DNA from: Candidatus Hydrogenedentota bacterium | GTDB taxonomy: Bacteria; Hydrogenedentota; Hydrogenedentia; Hydrogenedentales; SLHB01 | DNA: 64,000 bases | Direction: 5' to 3' | Assembly (NCBI GenBank): GCA_045863335.1 | Contig: BTVY01000013.1 | Coordinates: forward strand, 64,001-128,000 | Part shown: piece after piece, positions 11,536 through 21,914 of the stretch | How positions within the stretch are numbered: position 1 is the stretch's first letter | Layout: the number at the start of each line of letters is the position of its first letter | The notes under the pieces: generated by a model | Databases searched by the model: none | What the model was told of the DNA's origin: nothing | Seen by the model: only the letters and a program-made list of their open reading frames with translations | Program-made: the position numbers and the translations under genes

Positions 11536-12522
11536 ATGACACGCGTACTCGTCGGTCTTCTGGCCGTATTGACCATTCTGGGTTGCGGACAACCCGCGCA
11601 AGATTCCGGCACCGCGTCTACGGGCGACGGTGCGGCGGCGGGCGACGCCAAGCTCTCCTTCGCGGTGATCCCCAAGGGTCTCAGCCACGAATTCTGGTTG
11701 ACCGTCAAAAAGGGCGCAGAGACCGCCGGCGAAGAGTTGGGCGTGGAGATCATATGGATCGGTCCGGAGAAGGAGACCGATGTGATCAAGCAGATCAACA
11801 TCGTCGAGGACATGATCGGCCGCGGTGTGGACGCCATTGTCATGGCGGCTTGCGATCAGGACGCGCTGGTAGAGGTGATCCAGCGCGCGGACACCAAGGG
11901 CATTCCCGTGGTGACCATCGATTCGGGCGTCAATTCAGATGTTCCGGTTTCCTTCGTCGCGACCGACAACATCGCCGGCGCCGAAGCGGCCGCGCGGGAA
12001 CTCGCCCGACTCATTGGCGAAGAAGGATCGGTGGGGCTTATCCCCTTCGTCAAAGGGGCCGCGACCTCCGAGTTGCGCGAAGAAGGATTCAAGAAGGGGA
12101 TCGCGGCCTTTCCGAACATCACGATTGCGGACACCCAGCATTGCCAAAGCGACGTCAACAAGGCAATGAACGTTACTGAGGATATGCTGACGGCCTATCC
12201 GGACATGAAGGGTCTCTTCGCGACGAACGAGCCCGCTGCCATCGGCGCGGCGCAAGCGGTCGAAGCAGCGGGACGCGGAGGCGAGTTCAAAATCGTCGCC
12301 TTCGACGCGTCGCCAAACGAGTTGGCCGCCCTCGAACGCGGCACCATCCACGCGCTCATCGTGCAGAATCCGTTCAAGATGGGATACCTCGGCGTGAAGA
12401 CCGCCTACGACAAGCTTCAGGGCAATCCCGTCGAAGCGCGCGTCGATACCGGCGTGGAAGTCATCACGCAGGAGAATCTCAACGATCCCGAAATCCAGAA
12501 ACTCCTGCACCCGCTGGGGTAG
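11536..12522 (+). CDS. Sugar ABC transporter substrate-binding lipoprotein (RbsB-like)
   Basis: Lipobox ILGC; AVIPKG..HEFW, GIPVVTIDS, ATDN, VAFD and QNPFKMGY motifs. Confidence 0.92.
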   Translation: MTRVLVGLLAVLTILGCGQPAQDSGTASTGDGAAAGDAKLSFAVIPKGLSHEFWLTVKKGAETAGEELGVEIIWIGPEKETDVIKQINIVEDMIGRGVDAIVMAACDQDALVEVIQRADTKGIPVVTIDSGVNSDVPVSFVATDNIAGAEAAARELARLIGEEGSVGLIPFVKGAATSELREEGFKKGIAAFPNITIADTQHCQSDVNKAMNVTEDMLTAYPDMKGLFATNEPAAIGAAQAVEAAGRGGEFKIVAFDASPNELAALERGTIHALIVQNPFKMGYLGVKTAYDKLQGNPVEARVDTGVEVITQENLNDPEIQKLLHPLG

Positions 12523-12531
12523 GGAACATTC

Positions 12532-12660
12532 GTCCACAGATTACACAGATTTGCACAGATTGAAGACGGGCCGAACGCTACGAACGTTGTCCAGCTTGCG
12601 GCCGATTCCGGGGGTGAGCGTGAATCTCCCTTGAATTTGAATCTGTGCAAATCTGTGGAC
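12532..12660. repeat. Inverted repeat built from CACAGATT units
   Basis: GTCCACAGATTACACAGATTTGCACAGATT (12532-12561) versus AATCTGTGCAAATCTGTGGAC (12640-12660). Confidence 0.75.
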
Positions 12661-12705
12661 ATTTCGCTTTTGCACCGATAGGAACCCTGTGCCATACTGC
12701 GTCCC

Positions 12706-14280
12706 ATGAGCAATCAACCAGGTTCTACGACTCTTTCCCGACGCGATTTGTTCAAGACCGGCATTGCTGCGGGCGCGGCAGTAGCACTGACGAGCGGCCG
12801 CACGCAGGCGGTGGAGTTGCCCGGCCTGAACAAGCCCAACATCCTCTTCATCATGACGGACCAGCAGCGCGGCGACTGCGTAGGCGCCGCGGGGAACCCG
12901 TCCATCAAGACGCCGAATCTGGATCGTCTTGCCAACGAAGGCATCCTGTTCCGCAACGCCTACTCCTGCGTGCCTTCGTGCACGCCCGCGCGCGCGGCGC
13001 TCTTGACCGGGCTCGCGCCCTGGCGCAACGGTATGCTCGGGTACGGCCGCGTCGGTGAAGGATACGCCATCGAAATGCCCCAGGCTCTGCGCGACGCCGG
13101 GTATTACACGACCGGCATCGGCAAGATGCACTGGCATCCGCAACGGCACACGCATGGGTTCCACCGGACCATCCTTGACGAATCGGGTCGCGAACAATCC
13201 ATTGAGTTCCGAAGCGATTACCGCGCGTGGTTGTACTCGAAGGATCCCTCCGTCGATCCCGACGCGACCGGTCTCGGCTGGAACGATTACCGGGGCTGGC
13301 AATACAAGCTGCCCGAGGAGTATCACCCGACTCATTGGACGGGAGATACTGCGCGCCATTTCATCGAAACCTACGACCGGCCCGAACCGTTCTTTTTGAA
13401 AGTGTCCTTCTCGCGCCCCCACAGTCCTTACGATGCGCCCCCGCGGTTCTGGGATATGTATGAGAATGCCAACCTCCCCGAAGCGAGCGTCGGCGACTGG
13501 GCGGATCGCTATGCGCCGCGCAGCGACGATTCCGACAACATCTGGCACGGCGACATGGGCGCGGACCAGGTGCGCAAATCGCGACAGGGGTATTACGGGA
13601 ACATCACGTTTATCGATGAGAAGGTCGGCGAAATTCTGACCGCCCTCGACAAACGAGGGATGATGGAGAACACACTCATTGTGTTTACCTCCGACCACGG
13701 CGACATGGTGGGCGACCACCACATGTGGCGAAAAAGCTACGCCTACGAAGGCTCGGCCAACGTGCCCATGATTGTGCGCTGGCCGAAGGGCACGCTCTCC
13801 GAAGACCGCGGCCGCGTGCTCCAACATCCGGTCGAGCTGCGCGACGTCCTGCCCACGTTCATGGATGCGGCGGGAATTCCGGGCGCGGAAACGCTGGACG
13901 GTAAAAGCATGTTGTCGCTGGTCAAAGACAGCGATGCGGAGTGGCGGCCGTACATCGACCTCGAACACGACCGTTGCTACGCGCCGGAAAACCACTGGAC
14001 CGCGGTCACCGACGGACACAGCAAGTTCATCTTCCACTGCGAGACCGGCGAAGAGCAGTTCTTCGATCTCGACGCCGACCGTGGCGAAAAGAAGAACCTC
14101 GCTCAGGATCCGCAGTACGCCGAGCGCGTCGCGGAATGGCGGCAGCGCATGATCGATCATTTATCCGAACGCGGCGAACCCTTCGTGAAAGACGGCAAAC
14201 TCGCCGTGCGCCAGGAGTCGCACCTCTATTCACCGAACTGGCCCGGCTGCAAATGCCACGGCACGAATCGTCGCGCGTAA
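12706..14280 (+). CDS. Tat-exported formylglycine-type sulfatase
   Basis: SRRDLFK Tat motif; PNILFIMTDQQR, CTPARAALLTG, GKMH and FTSDHG. Confidence 0.93.
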   Translation: MSNQPGSTTLSRRDLFKTGIAAGAAVALTSGRTQAVELPGLNKPNILFIMTDQQRGDCVGAAGNPSIKTPNLDRLANEGILFRNAYSCVPSCTPARAALLTGLAPWRNGMLGYGRVGEGYAIEMPQALRDAGYYTTGIGKMHWHPQRHTHGFHRTILDESGREQSIEFRSDYRAWLYSKDPSVDPDATGLGWNDYRGWQYKLPEEYHPTHWTGDTARHFIETYDRPEPFFLKVSFSRPHSPYDAPPRFWDMYENANLPEASVGDWADRYAPRSDDSDNIWHGDMGADQVRKSRQGYYGNITFIDEKVGEILTALDKRGMMENTLIVFTSDHGDMVGDHHMWRKSYAYEGSANVPMIVRWPKGTLSEDRGRVLQHPVELRDVLPTFMDAAGIPGAETLDGKSMLSLVKDSDAEWRPYIDLEHDRCYAPENHWTAVTDGHSKFIFHCETGEEQFFDLDADRGEKKNLAQDPQYAERVAEWRQRMIDHLSERGEPFVKDGKLAVRQESHLYSPNWPGCKCHGTNRRA

Positions 14281-14325
14281 TCGCCCGTTCACATCAAATT
14301 CATCCATAGCAGGAGCACAGGCAGC

Positions 14326-14634
14326 ATGTTCATCGTACATGTCAACGTTCGCGTGAAAGACGACTGCGTCGAAGCATTTCGCGATGCGACGCTGGAGAAC
14401 GCGCGGCAGAGCATTCAGGAGCCGGGGATCGCACGGTTCGATGTCATTCAACAGGTCGACGATCCGACGCGCTTCGTGTTGGTTGAGGTATACCGCACCT
14501 TCGGCGATCCCGCGCGGCACAAGGAAACGGCTCATTATCAGAAATGGCGCGACGCGGTCGAGCCCATGATGGCGGAACCCCGCCAGAGCGTGAAGTACAA
14601 CAACTGTTTCCCCGACGATCCCGGTTGGGGATGA
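14326..14634 (+). CDS. ABM-barrel protein (LsrG / putative quinol monooxygenase family)
   Basis: [15 protein letters not shown] and [19 protein letters not shown]; RBS AGGAG. Confidence 0.85.
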   Translation: MFIVHVNVRVKDDCVEAFRDATLENARQSIQEPGIARFDVIQQVDDPTRFVLVEVYRTFGDPARHKETAHYQKWRDAVEPMMAEPRQSVKYNNCFPDDPGWG

Positions 14635-14690
14635 CGAGCAGGAATCGACGTGGGGGCGCTTCGAGGTCTCGCACGGGGAGTGGGTCCATC

Positions 14691-16091
14691 ATGCACAAAC
14701 CGACTCGCAGGACGTTCATGCAATCCGCTGTGCTCGGAAGCGCGGCCCTCGCCGGCGCCTACCGAGCCAACGCGCAAGACGCGCCCGAGCGCCCGAACAT
14801 CGTCTTCCTCTTCTCCGACGATCACAGCGTTCCGGACCTCGGCTGTTACGGGAACGACACGATTCGCACGCCCAACCTCGATGCCCTTGCCGCGGCGGGT
14901 ATGCGCTTCGATCGCGCCTACGTCACCAGCCCGCAATGCAGCCCCAGCCGCGCGAGCATCCTGACCGGCCGCTCGCCGCACGCGGTGGGCGCATCGCGTC
15001 TTCACGTGAACGCCTATCCCGACGCCGCAAGCATTCCAACCTTGCTCAAAGAAGCCGGATACTTCACTGGCGCGTTTCGCAAGGTCTATCAAGGCGTCAT
15101 TCAAAGGCAGTTCGATTTCTACGGCGGTAACAAGGTCCCCTTCGCCAAGTTCTTCGAGGAGCGTCCGAAGGACAAGCCCTTCTTCCTGTGGTTCGGGTCA
15201 ACCGACCCGCATCGTGACTACGAGCCGGGCGCCGTCGATCCGCCGCACGATCCCGAGTCCGTGAAGGTGCCGCCCCATCTTCCCGATACGCCGGAAGTGC
15301 GGCGGGATATCGCGTTGTATTACGACGAGATCGGCCGTTTCGATCGCGAATGCGGAGAATTGCTCGCGCTGCTGGACGAACATGGATTGGCAGACAATAC
15401 GCTCGTGGTCATGTCCGGCGACAACGGCCGGCCCTTTCCCCGTGCCAAAGCGACCGTGTACGAACCGGGCATCCACGTCCCGTTGCTGGCGCGCTGGCCG
15501 GGGCGCATCGAAGCGGGACGCTCGACGAACACCCTCGTCTCGCTTATGGACCTCGCGGCGACATGGCTCGACGTGGCCGGTGCAACCATCCCGGACGCGA
15601 TGGAGTCCGTGTCGCTGGTACCCCTCCTGCGGGGCGACGTGGACCGCGTCCACGAATATGTCTTCTGCGAGCGCAACTGGCACGACAACTGGGATCCCAT
15701 TCGCAGCGTCGTCGGGGAGCGGTACAAGTTGATCCAGAATTACCGGCCCGAAGTGGGCCATCTGAACAGCCTCGATCTCCTGCGGTCGCCGAGTTTCGAG
15801 TCCATCCGCCTGCTGGCTGAATCCGGCGAACTGAAAGAACCGCATACCTGGTATCTGAACGATTCAAAACCTCGCGTCGAGTTCTACGACCTCGAATCGG
15901 ATCCCGGCGAGTGGCACAACCTTGCCGGCGATCCCGGCCAGGCCGATCGAATCGCTGCGATGCAACAAGCCCTCGGAAAGTGGATGAACGCGACGCACGA
16001 CTTTCTGCCGCCGCCCGCCTCCGCCGCCGGAGGCCCGTACAAAGACACACTCGATGGGGAAGCCCGCTGGTGGAACGAGGATCCGCAATGA
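14691..16091 (+). CDS. Tat-exported sulfatase (sulfamidase-like)
   Basis: TRRTFM Tat motif; PNIVFLFSDDH, CSPSRASILTG, DPHR and GDNGRPFPRAK. Confidence 0.92.
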   Translation: MHKPTRRTFMQSAVLGSAALAGAYRANAQDAPERPNIVFLFSDDHSVPDLGCYGNDTIRTPNLDALAAAGMRFDRAYVTSPQCSPSRASILTGRSPHAVGASRLHVNAYPDAASIPTLLKEAGYFTGAFRKVYQGVIQRQFDFYGGNKVPFAKFFEERPKDKPFFLWFGSTDPHRDYEPGAVDPPHDPESVKVPPHLPDTPEVRRDIALYYDEIGRFDRECGELLALLDEHGLADNTLVVMSGDNGRPFPRAKATVYEPGIHVPLLARWPGRIEAGRSTNTLVSLMDLAATWLDVAGATIPDAMESVSLVPLLRGDVDRVHEYVFCERNWHDNWDPIRSVVGERYKLIQNYRPEVGHLNSLDLLRSPSFESIRLLAESGELKEPHTWYLNDSKPRVEFYDLESDPGEWHNLAGDPGQADRIAAMQQALGKWMNATHDFLPPPASAAGGPYKDTLDGEARWWNEDPQ

Positions 16092-17464
16092 ACGACAAGC
16101 CGAACGACGCAACGATGCACCGAAACCTGAACCGGCGCGATTTTATGCGAGCGGGCGCGTCCGCGAGCGCGGCACTGCTGGCCGGTCGCGCGGCCTACGC
16201 AGCCATACCCGAGTCGCTGGGCTCCGCACCGGAGCTGCCTTTCGCCGCGCCACCCATCGAGAACGTGCGGATCGGATTCGTCGGCGTGGGCAACATGGGA
16301 ACCAATCACGTACGCAACCTGCTGAAGATCGAGGGCTGCCAGATTACCGCCGTGTGCGACATCGTCGAGTCCAAGGTAGCCGCCGCGCAGCAGTTGGTGG
16401 TAGACGCAGGCTTTCCGAAACCTGCCGGATACGCCAATGGCGAAACCGACTTCCAACGTATGTGCGCCGAGGAGGATTTGGACCTTGTGTTCACCGCGAC
16501 ACCCTGGCGCTGGCACGTCCCCGTGTGCGTGGCTGCCATGGAAAACGGCAAGCACGCGGCAACGGAGGTCCCCGCGGCGGTGACGATTGAAGAATGCTGG
16601 CAACTCGTGGAAACCGCGGAGAAGCAGCAGAAGCATTGCATCATGATGGAAAATTGCTGCTACGGTCGAGCCGAGATGCAGATCCTGCTCATGGTACGGC
16701 GCGGGGTCTTCGGCGATCTCCTGCACGGCGAGGGGGCGTACTTGCACGACCTGCGCGAGTTTAAATTCTCTTTCGGCGAACAAGGCCGCTGGCGCCGCGA
16801 ACTCAGCATGACGCGGAATGGAAACCTCTATCCCACGCACGGTCTCGGTCCTATCGCGCAATGCATGAACATCAATCGCGGCGACCGGTTCAGCTATATG
16901 GTTTCCATGAGCGCGCCGTCCATGGGGTTGCGGCGCTTCGCCGAGGAACACTTTCCGGAAGACGACCCGCGACGGGCCGAAACCTTCGTGAACGGCGATT
17001 ACAGCACCAGCATCATCAAGACTGAACTGGGAAGAACGATCGTCGTCCAATACACCTGCGACGCACCGCGGCCATACAGCCGACTCAATCTACTGCAAGG
17101 CACCAGGGCGATCACCGAGGGATTTCCCGATCGCATCTACATTGAGGGGCGAAGTCCCAAGGACACGTGGGAACCGTTGGAGCAGTACCGGCCCGAGTTT
17201 GAGCATCCCTTGTGGGGCCAAATCGGCGCGGATGCCACCGGCGCGGGGCACGGCGGGATGGACTTCCTGGAGAATTACCGGCTCATCAAGTGCCTGCGCG
17301 AAGGATTGCCCCTCGATATGGACGTTTATGACGCGGCCGCGTGGACCGTCGTCGGCCCGTTGAGCGAACAATCGGTTGCTCATCGCGCTGAAACGGTGGA
17401 TTTCCCCGATTTCACCCGGGGGCGTTGGAAGCATTGGCAGCCCATCGGGATCGTGGACGCGTAA
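16088..17464 (+). CDS. GH109-like NAD-dependent glycosidase (Gfo/Idh/MocA fold), Tat-exported
   Basis: NRRDFM; ATPWRWH, GKHAATEVP, MMENCCY, GNLYPTHGLGP, PRPYSR and GHGGMD. ATGA overlap with the upstream sulfatase. Confidence 0.88.
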   Translation: MNDKPNDATMHRNLNRRDFMRAGASASAALLAGRAAYAAIPESLGSAPELPFAAPPIENVRIGFVGVGNMGTNHVRNLLKIEGCQITAVCDIVESKVAAAQQLVVDAGFPKPAGYANGETDFQRMCAEEDLDLVFTATPWRWHVPVCVAAMENGKHAATEVPAAVTIEECWQLVETAEKQQKHCIMMENCCYGRAEMQILLMVRRGVFGDLLHGEGAYLHDLREFKFSFGEQGRWRRELSMTRNGNLYPTHGLGPIAQCMNINRGDRFSYMVSMSAPSMGLRRFAEEHFPEDDPRRAETFVNGDYSTSIIKTELGRTIVVQYTCDAPRPYSRLNLLQGTRAITEGFPDRIYIEGRSPKDTWEPLEQYRPEFEHPLWGQIGADATGAGHGGMDFLENYRLIKCLREGLPLDMDVYDAAAWTVVGPLSEQSVAHRAETVDFPDFTRGRWKHWQPIGIVDA

Positions 17465-17648
17465 CGTGCGCAAAACCATTCCGTTCGGCGTGTATTGAAC
17501 CCGGCCCCAAAGCCGGGTAAGCTACCCTTCCCCTGAAAACGTGCTATCGTCCCACCACCAGCGGGTGCGCCGCAGCACAGAATCCGCGCGTATCTATCAG
17601 GGAAATGCTGTGAACGATCCGCGCATACGTGAAAGGTATTCTGTACTC

Positions 17649-19787
17649 ATGCGATTCTCTATTCTCATCTTGACGTGCCTTTTGGCGGTCGCTACGGGAC
17701 TGGCCGAGGTGCCCAGCATCACGGTTGGGAGATTTCCCCAGGAAGTGGCGACGAAGCACACCACGGACAATGGACTCCCCTCCAACGACGTGCGCGCGAT
17801 CTACGTCGGCGCCGATGGAATGGTCTACGCCGAAACCGCCCTGGGCTGGGCCGTGCTGAAGAAACACCACTGGTCCAGGGTCGCCGAGCCGGGGCAGAAC
17901 GTGTTGCCCGGCCGGGTCGACGACCGGCTTTTCACCGAGATTGCCGGAATCACGAACCAGATTGCTCAATCTGATGAGAACCGCCTCGTCGCAGCGACCA
18001 GCAAAGGGCTGCTGGAGAAGACGCCTGCGGGCTTTCAACCGATCGTCATCGACACCGGCAAAGGCAGCCAGTGGGCGGTCGAGGACGTGCGCGGCGTCGC
18101 CTTTGACACTTCCAACCGACTATGGGTTGCGTCGCTGGCGGGTGTCGCCTGTCAAACGGGACCTGGCTGGACCTTCTACACGGGCGAGGACGGGCTTCCC
18201 TACAACGACTTCACGTGCGTGGCCGCGGGACCCGACGATGTCGTGTGGTTCGGTACCCGCATCGGCGCGGTGCGCTTCGACGGCGAAAACTGGGCGTACC
18301 GGCAAGGGCTTCGTTGGTTGCCCAGCGACGAGATTCGGTCCATCGCGGTGGATGATCACGGCAACGCCTGGTTCGCAACCGCGGACGGCGTTGGGTGCAT
18401 CGAACGCCGCATGATGACCCTCGCGGAGAAGGCGGACTTCTACGAAGAGGAAATGGAGAAATATATTCGCCGCACCAAGTTCGGCTACGTGTCCGAGGTC
18501 GGCCTGAGTGCCCCCGGTGACAAGAGCGAGATTCGATACAGTGACAGCGACAACGACGGCTTGTGGACGGCCATGTACGGCGCGGGCGAGTGCTTCGCCT
18601 ACGCGGCCACGGGCGATCCGAAGGCAAAAGACCGGGCCAAACGCGCCTTCGAAGCGTTGCGATTCTTGCAGAAAGTCACACAGGGCACCGAGTTCAGCCC
18701 GCCCAAGGGCTACGTTGCACGCACGATTCTTCCCGCAGACGGACCCAACCCGAATGATGGCCGCGTCGAGGGAGACCGCAAGAAGCGTGAAACCGAAGAC
18801 AAGCTTTGGAAAGTGTACGAGCCGCGTTGGCCCTTAAGCGCCGACAAGAAGTGGTTCTGGAAGAGCGACACCAGCTCGGACGAGTTGGATGGCCATTACT
18901 TCTTCTATCCGCTCTATTATGATCTCGTCGCGGACACGGAAGAAGAGAAGGAGCGGGTTCGCGAGGTCGTACGCGATTTGACCGATCACCTCGTTGAGCA
19001 CAACTATCAGTTGATCGATTTCGACGGAACCGTGACGCGGTGGGGCGTCTACAATCCCGAAGCCCTCAATCACGATCCCAACTGGTGGGTTGAGCGCGGC
19101 CTTAAGTCACTCAGCATGTTGTCGTACCTCGCCGTGGCGCGCCACATGACCGGCGACGACAAGTATGGCGAGCACATCCGGAATCTGTGCGAAAATCACG
19201 CGTACGATACAAACGCCATGATCTACAAGATTCATCGCGGTCCGGGTTCGGGCAACCATTCCGACGACGAGATGGCCTTCATGTGCTATTACAACCTGCT
19301 CAAGTACACGACGCCCGACGAGTTCACCCAGGACCTGATGTTCTCGTTCTACAGCGCCTGGACCAACGAGCAACCCGAGATGAACCCGTTCTTCAATTTC
19401 GCGTACGCGGCGCATGGGCTCGAAGCCACGTACACGAGCCCGTGGGGCACTGCGAACATCGGTCCCTGGGGCGGTTGGCTGGAAGATTCCATCGAGACGT
19501 TGAAAGGCTTCCCGCTGGACCGCTGCAATTGGGCCAGCAAGAACAGCCATCGGCTCGATATCGAACTGCTGCCCCGCCAGCAGGCGGTGGAACTGACGGA
19601 AGAAGGCCGGCCCCACTACGGGTACCGCGTGAATGGAAAGGTGCTGCCGGTCGAGAACCGCCACTTCAACCACTGGAACCACAACCCGTGGAACCTGAAC
19701 TACGGCGGCAACGGCCAGGAACTTGCGAGCGGCACGGTCTACCTGTTGCCGTACTACATGGGGCTGTACCACGGCTTCATCAAGTAA
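17649..19787 (+). CDS. Secreted protein: regulator-propeller-type repeats plus uncharacterised acidic/aromatic C-terminal domain
   Basis: Signal peptide; repeats GLPSNDV, GLPYNDF and WLPSDEI; DSDNDGLWT and WKSDTSSDELDGHYF. Confidence 0.7.
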   Translation: MRFSILILTCLLAVATGLAEVPSITVGRFPQEVATKHTTDNGLPSNDVRAIYVGADGMVYAETALGWAVLKKHHWSRVAEPGQNVLPGRVDDRLFTEIAGITNQIAQSDENRLVAATSKGLLEKTPAGFQPIVIDTGKGSQWAVEDVRGVAFDTSNRLWVASLAGVACQTGPGWTFYTGEDGLPYNDFTCVAAGPDDVVWFGTRIGAVRFDGENWAYRQGLRWLPSDEIRSIAVDDHGNAWFATADGVGCIERRMMTLAEKADFYEEEMEKYIRRTKFGYVSEVGLSAPGDKSEIRYSDSDNDGLWTAMYGAGECFAYAATGDPKAKDRAKRAFEALRFLQKVTQGTEFSPPKGYVARTILPADGPNPNDGRVEGDRKKRETEDKLWKVYEPRWPLSADKKWFWKSDTSSDELDGHYFFYPLYYDLVADTEEEKERVREVVRDLTDHLVEHNYQLIDFDGTVTRWGVYNPEALNHDPNWWVERGLKSLSMLSYLAVARHMTGDDKYGEHIRNLCENHAYDTNAMIYKIHRGPGSGNHSDDEMAFMCYYNLLKYTTPDEFTQDLMFSFYSAWTNEQPEMNPFFNFAYAAHGLEATYTSPWGTANIGPWGGWLEDSIETLKGFPLDRCNWASKNSHRLDIELLPRQQAVELTEEGRPHYGYRVNGKVLPVENRHFNHWNHNPWNLNYGGNGQELASGTVYLLPYYMGLYHGFIK

Positions 19788-19829
19788 GCAGGGCCGCGTA
19801 ACCGGCCTTACGGACTTACCCTCGATTCT

Positions 19830-19857
19830 GAACGCCCGGCTGAAAGGCCGGGCGTTC
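19830..19857 (+). terminator. GC-rich hairpin after the 17649-19787 gene
   Basis: GAACGCCCGGC-TGAAAG-GCCGGGCGTTC, 11-bp stem; weak U tract. Confidence 0.5.
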
Positions 19858-20323
19858 TCGTATCTCCTCACGTTGATTTGGCGGACGGTTGGCGTCGGAA
19901 TCGTGCGGTACAGGCCCCGACAAAGAGGAAAGGGTCCAACGGGAGTCCCCGCTGAACCCTTCAGCATCTAAGAATCGGATTTGTTTGTAGCGATTGCCGT
20001 GTGGCCACGGCGCCGCGACTAAACGACGGCGCGCCGTTCGGCAAGAAATGCCAGAATGAAGAAGAACGTCCACAACGGGGCCCACAGCAGCGTCCACAAG
20101 ATAAACATTACTTACCCTCCTCTATTCCGCGAACATTTGTCGGTAGAACCCACCGGCTACCCCTACACAATGGAATCCCGGGGGTTCCCGTTTGCCTTGT
20201 ACTACGTCCAGCACGCGCCACTATACGAAGACGCCGCTGAATTGTCAACCCCCGGCAGCCTTGGCAAGTGATTACAGGACATGGATTAACCCTTAGGAAA
20301 GTTTGTTTGGGCATCGCTGCTGA

Positions 20324-21517
20324 CTACTTCCAGATGATCCGCGCGGCGTATACGCTGTTGTCGGAACCGTACTTTTCGCAGCCGACGGGCTGCATCCACT
20401 CCGCCACGGTCACCCAGGTTTCGCGATCGTTGACCTTCGTCACTGCGAAGTTGCCCAGGCGCGCGCCCCGGGACGGCACCAGGATGCGCTCGGTGTCGCG
20501 GAAGACGCAGAGCCGATCCGGGTCAACCTGGGCGATGCGGAGCGGGGCACGGTGGCGGAACACGTGGTCGTACTCGGGATCGCGGCGAGTATATACAAGG
20601 AACAAGGCGTCCGGGTGAGTGACCCAGTGCTGTTGCGTGTTGTAGCTGCCCAGCTCTTCCCCGTCGTCAAAGGTCCACGGCTGGATTTCGTCAAAGTGGA
20701 GGCCGTCGTCGCCGCTCGTGACGTAGCCCTTCTCGTCGTTGCGTAGCGTCAGGTAGAACCGCCCCTGAAACTCTGCCAGCGAGGGTTCGCCCAATCCGCG
20801 CGGTACGTCCACCGTGTGCTCGGTCCCATGTTCGATGTACGACAAGGTCTCACCGTCTAACCGGCATCGCATGATCGTCGATGTGGACGTGTTATCGCCT
20901 TTGCCCTTCACATAGATGGGCAGCAGGATATCGCCATTGGGCAGATCCACCCGTTGCGTGCAGCCCGCGCCGGAACTGTAGAACTTCGGGTCGTCCGGCA
21001 TCTCGACCGACTTCCACGGCGCCCAGGTTCGCACTTCCGGGTCGTACCAGGAGTAGGTCGTCGCGCGCTGATAATCCTTCGCAAGGTGATCGCCATCGTA
21101 CTTGGCGAGGTGCCCCGTGCCCAGGAGCTTGCCGGAGGCTTCGTGCCACTTAGGCGTGAAATCGCAGACCACCGATACCAACCCGCTTTCTTCATTGCGG
21201 CGGCCGAGGGTGTCGTGCTCGACGGGGCCGCTCCACGTCTCGCCGAGGTCATCGGTCCGCATTTCGTTCAGCGCGTAAAACACGTCCGACCCGCTCAATA
21301 GCAGTTTCTGCATGGTCATCACCACAACCGGAGTCTCACCCGGGATTGTCCCTGCGCGTGGGTGCACCCAGCAGGTCTTCTGATCGAATCCGGACGTAAC
21401 CGTATCGAGTTGGACGTCATAGTCTACACGTACAATGTCGGTCTCCTGGCTGCTGGCGAAAAAGGCGGTCAAAAGAAACGTGGCGGTTACCGCGCCAAAG
21501 GTAGGAAAGGCATGCAT
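20324..21517 (-). CDS. Secreted BNR/Asp-box (sialidase-fold) protein
   Basis: Signal peptide; Asp-box-like TDDLGETW and SGDDGLHF; GLGEPSL and YLTLRND. Confidence 0.75.
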   Translation of the reverse strand: MHAFPTFGAVTATFLLTAFFASSQETDIVRVDYDVQLDTVTSGFDQKTCWVHPRAGTIPGETPVVVMTMQKLLLSGSDVFYALNEMRTDDLGETWSGPVEHDTLGRRNEESGLVSVVCDFTPKWHEASGKLLGTGHLAKYDGDHLAKDYQRATTYSWYDPEVRTWAPWKSVEMPDDPKFYSSGAGCTQRVDLPNGDILLPIYVKGKGDNTSTSTIMRCRLDGETLSYIEHGTEHTVDVPRGLGEPSLAEFQGRFYLTLRNDEKGYVTSGDDGLHFDEIQPWTFDDGEELGSYNTQQHWVTHPDALFLVYTRRDPEYDHVFRHRAPLRIAQVDPDRLCVFRDTERILVPSRGARLGNFAVTKVNDRETWVTVAEWMQPVGCEKYGSDNSVYAARIIWK

Positions 21518-21705
21518 GAGAATCTATCTCCCGTAAGTCGTTCTGCGAACACTGGCGCACTTACAAGAAGTAGTCTAGAGTCGTGAATCCGCGCTGTCCA
21601 GCCCCGCGAGGATTGAGGCATAACGCGGTTGGGTGCAGCGTTACCAATGAAAAGTACGCGGGCCTGCGAATTTGCGGGAAAACCTTGAGCACAAGGGAAT
21701 CAATC

Positions 21706-21885
21706 ATGTTTAAACGAAGGACAAGCACCGTCCGTGCTCCGAGACATCTCGGAGTTATCTTGCTCGGCATTTGGCTCATACTCACCGGGATCATTCCGAC
21801 CGTCAACCTCACCTTCACAGGGTTAAGCCTGATCATGGCAATCCTCGCCATCGTGGCAGGCGTCCTGATCATTCTTCAGCGATAG
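21706..21885 (+). CDS. Small two-TM membrane protein (59 aa)
   Basis: RBS AAGGGA; LGVILLGIWLILTGII and LIMAILAIVAGVLIIL hydrophobic helices. Confidence 0.7.
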   Translation: MFKRRTSTVRAPRHLGVILLGIWLILTGIIPTVNLTFTGLSLIMAILAIVAGVLIILQR

Positions 21886-21914
21886 CTTCGAGCTTGGTGA
21901 GGCCGACGGACTCT

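Noticed and set aside
14326-14634. AI-2 (lsr) quorum-sensing operon
   Set aside because: No lsrK, lsrF or lsrR; the ABM fold alone is not diagnostic.
20056-20271. 71-aa ORF containing RGFPFALYY, reminiscent of ParE toxins
   Set aside because: Only a short motif; no RBS or antitoxin; insufficient support.
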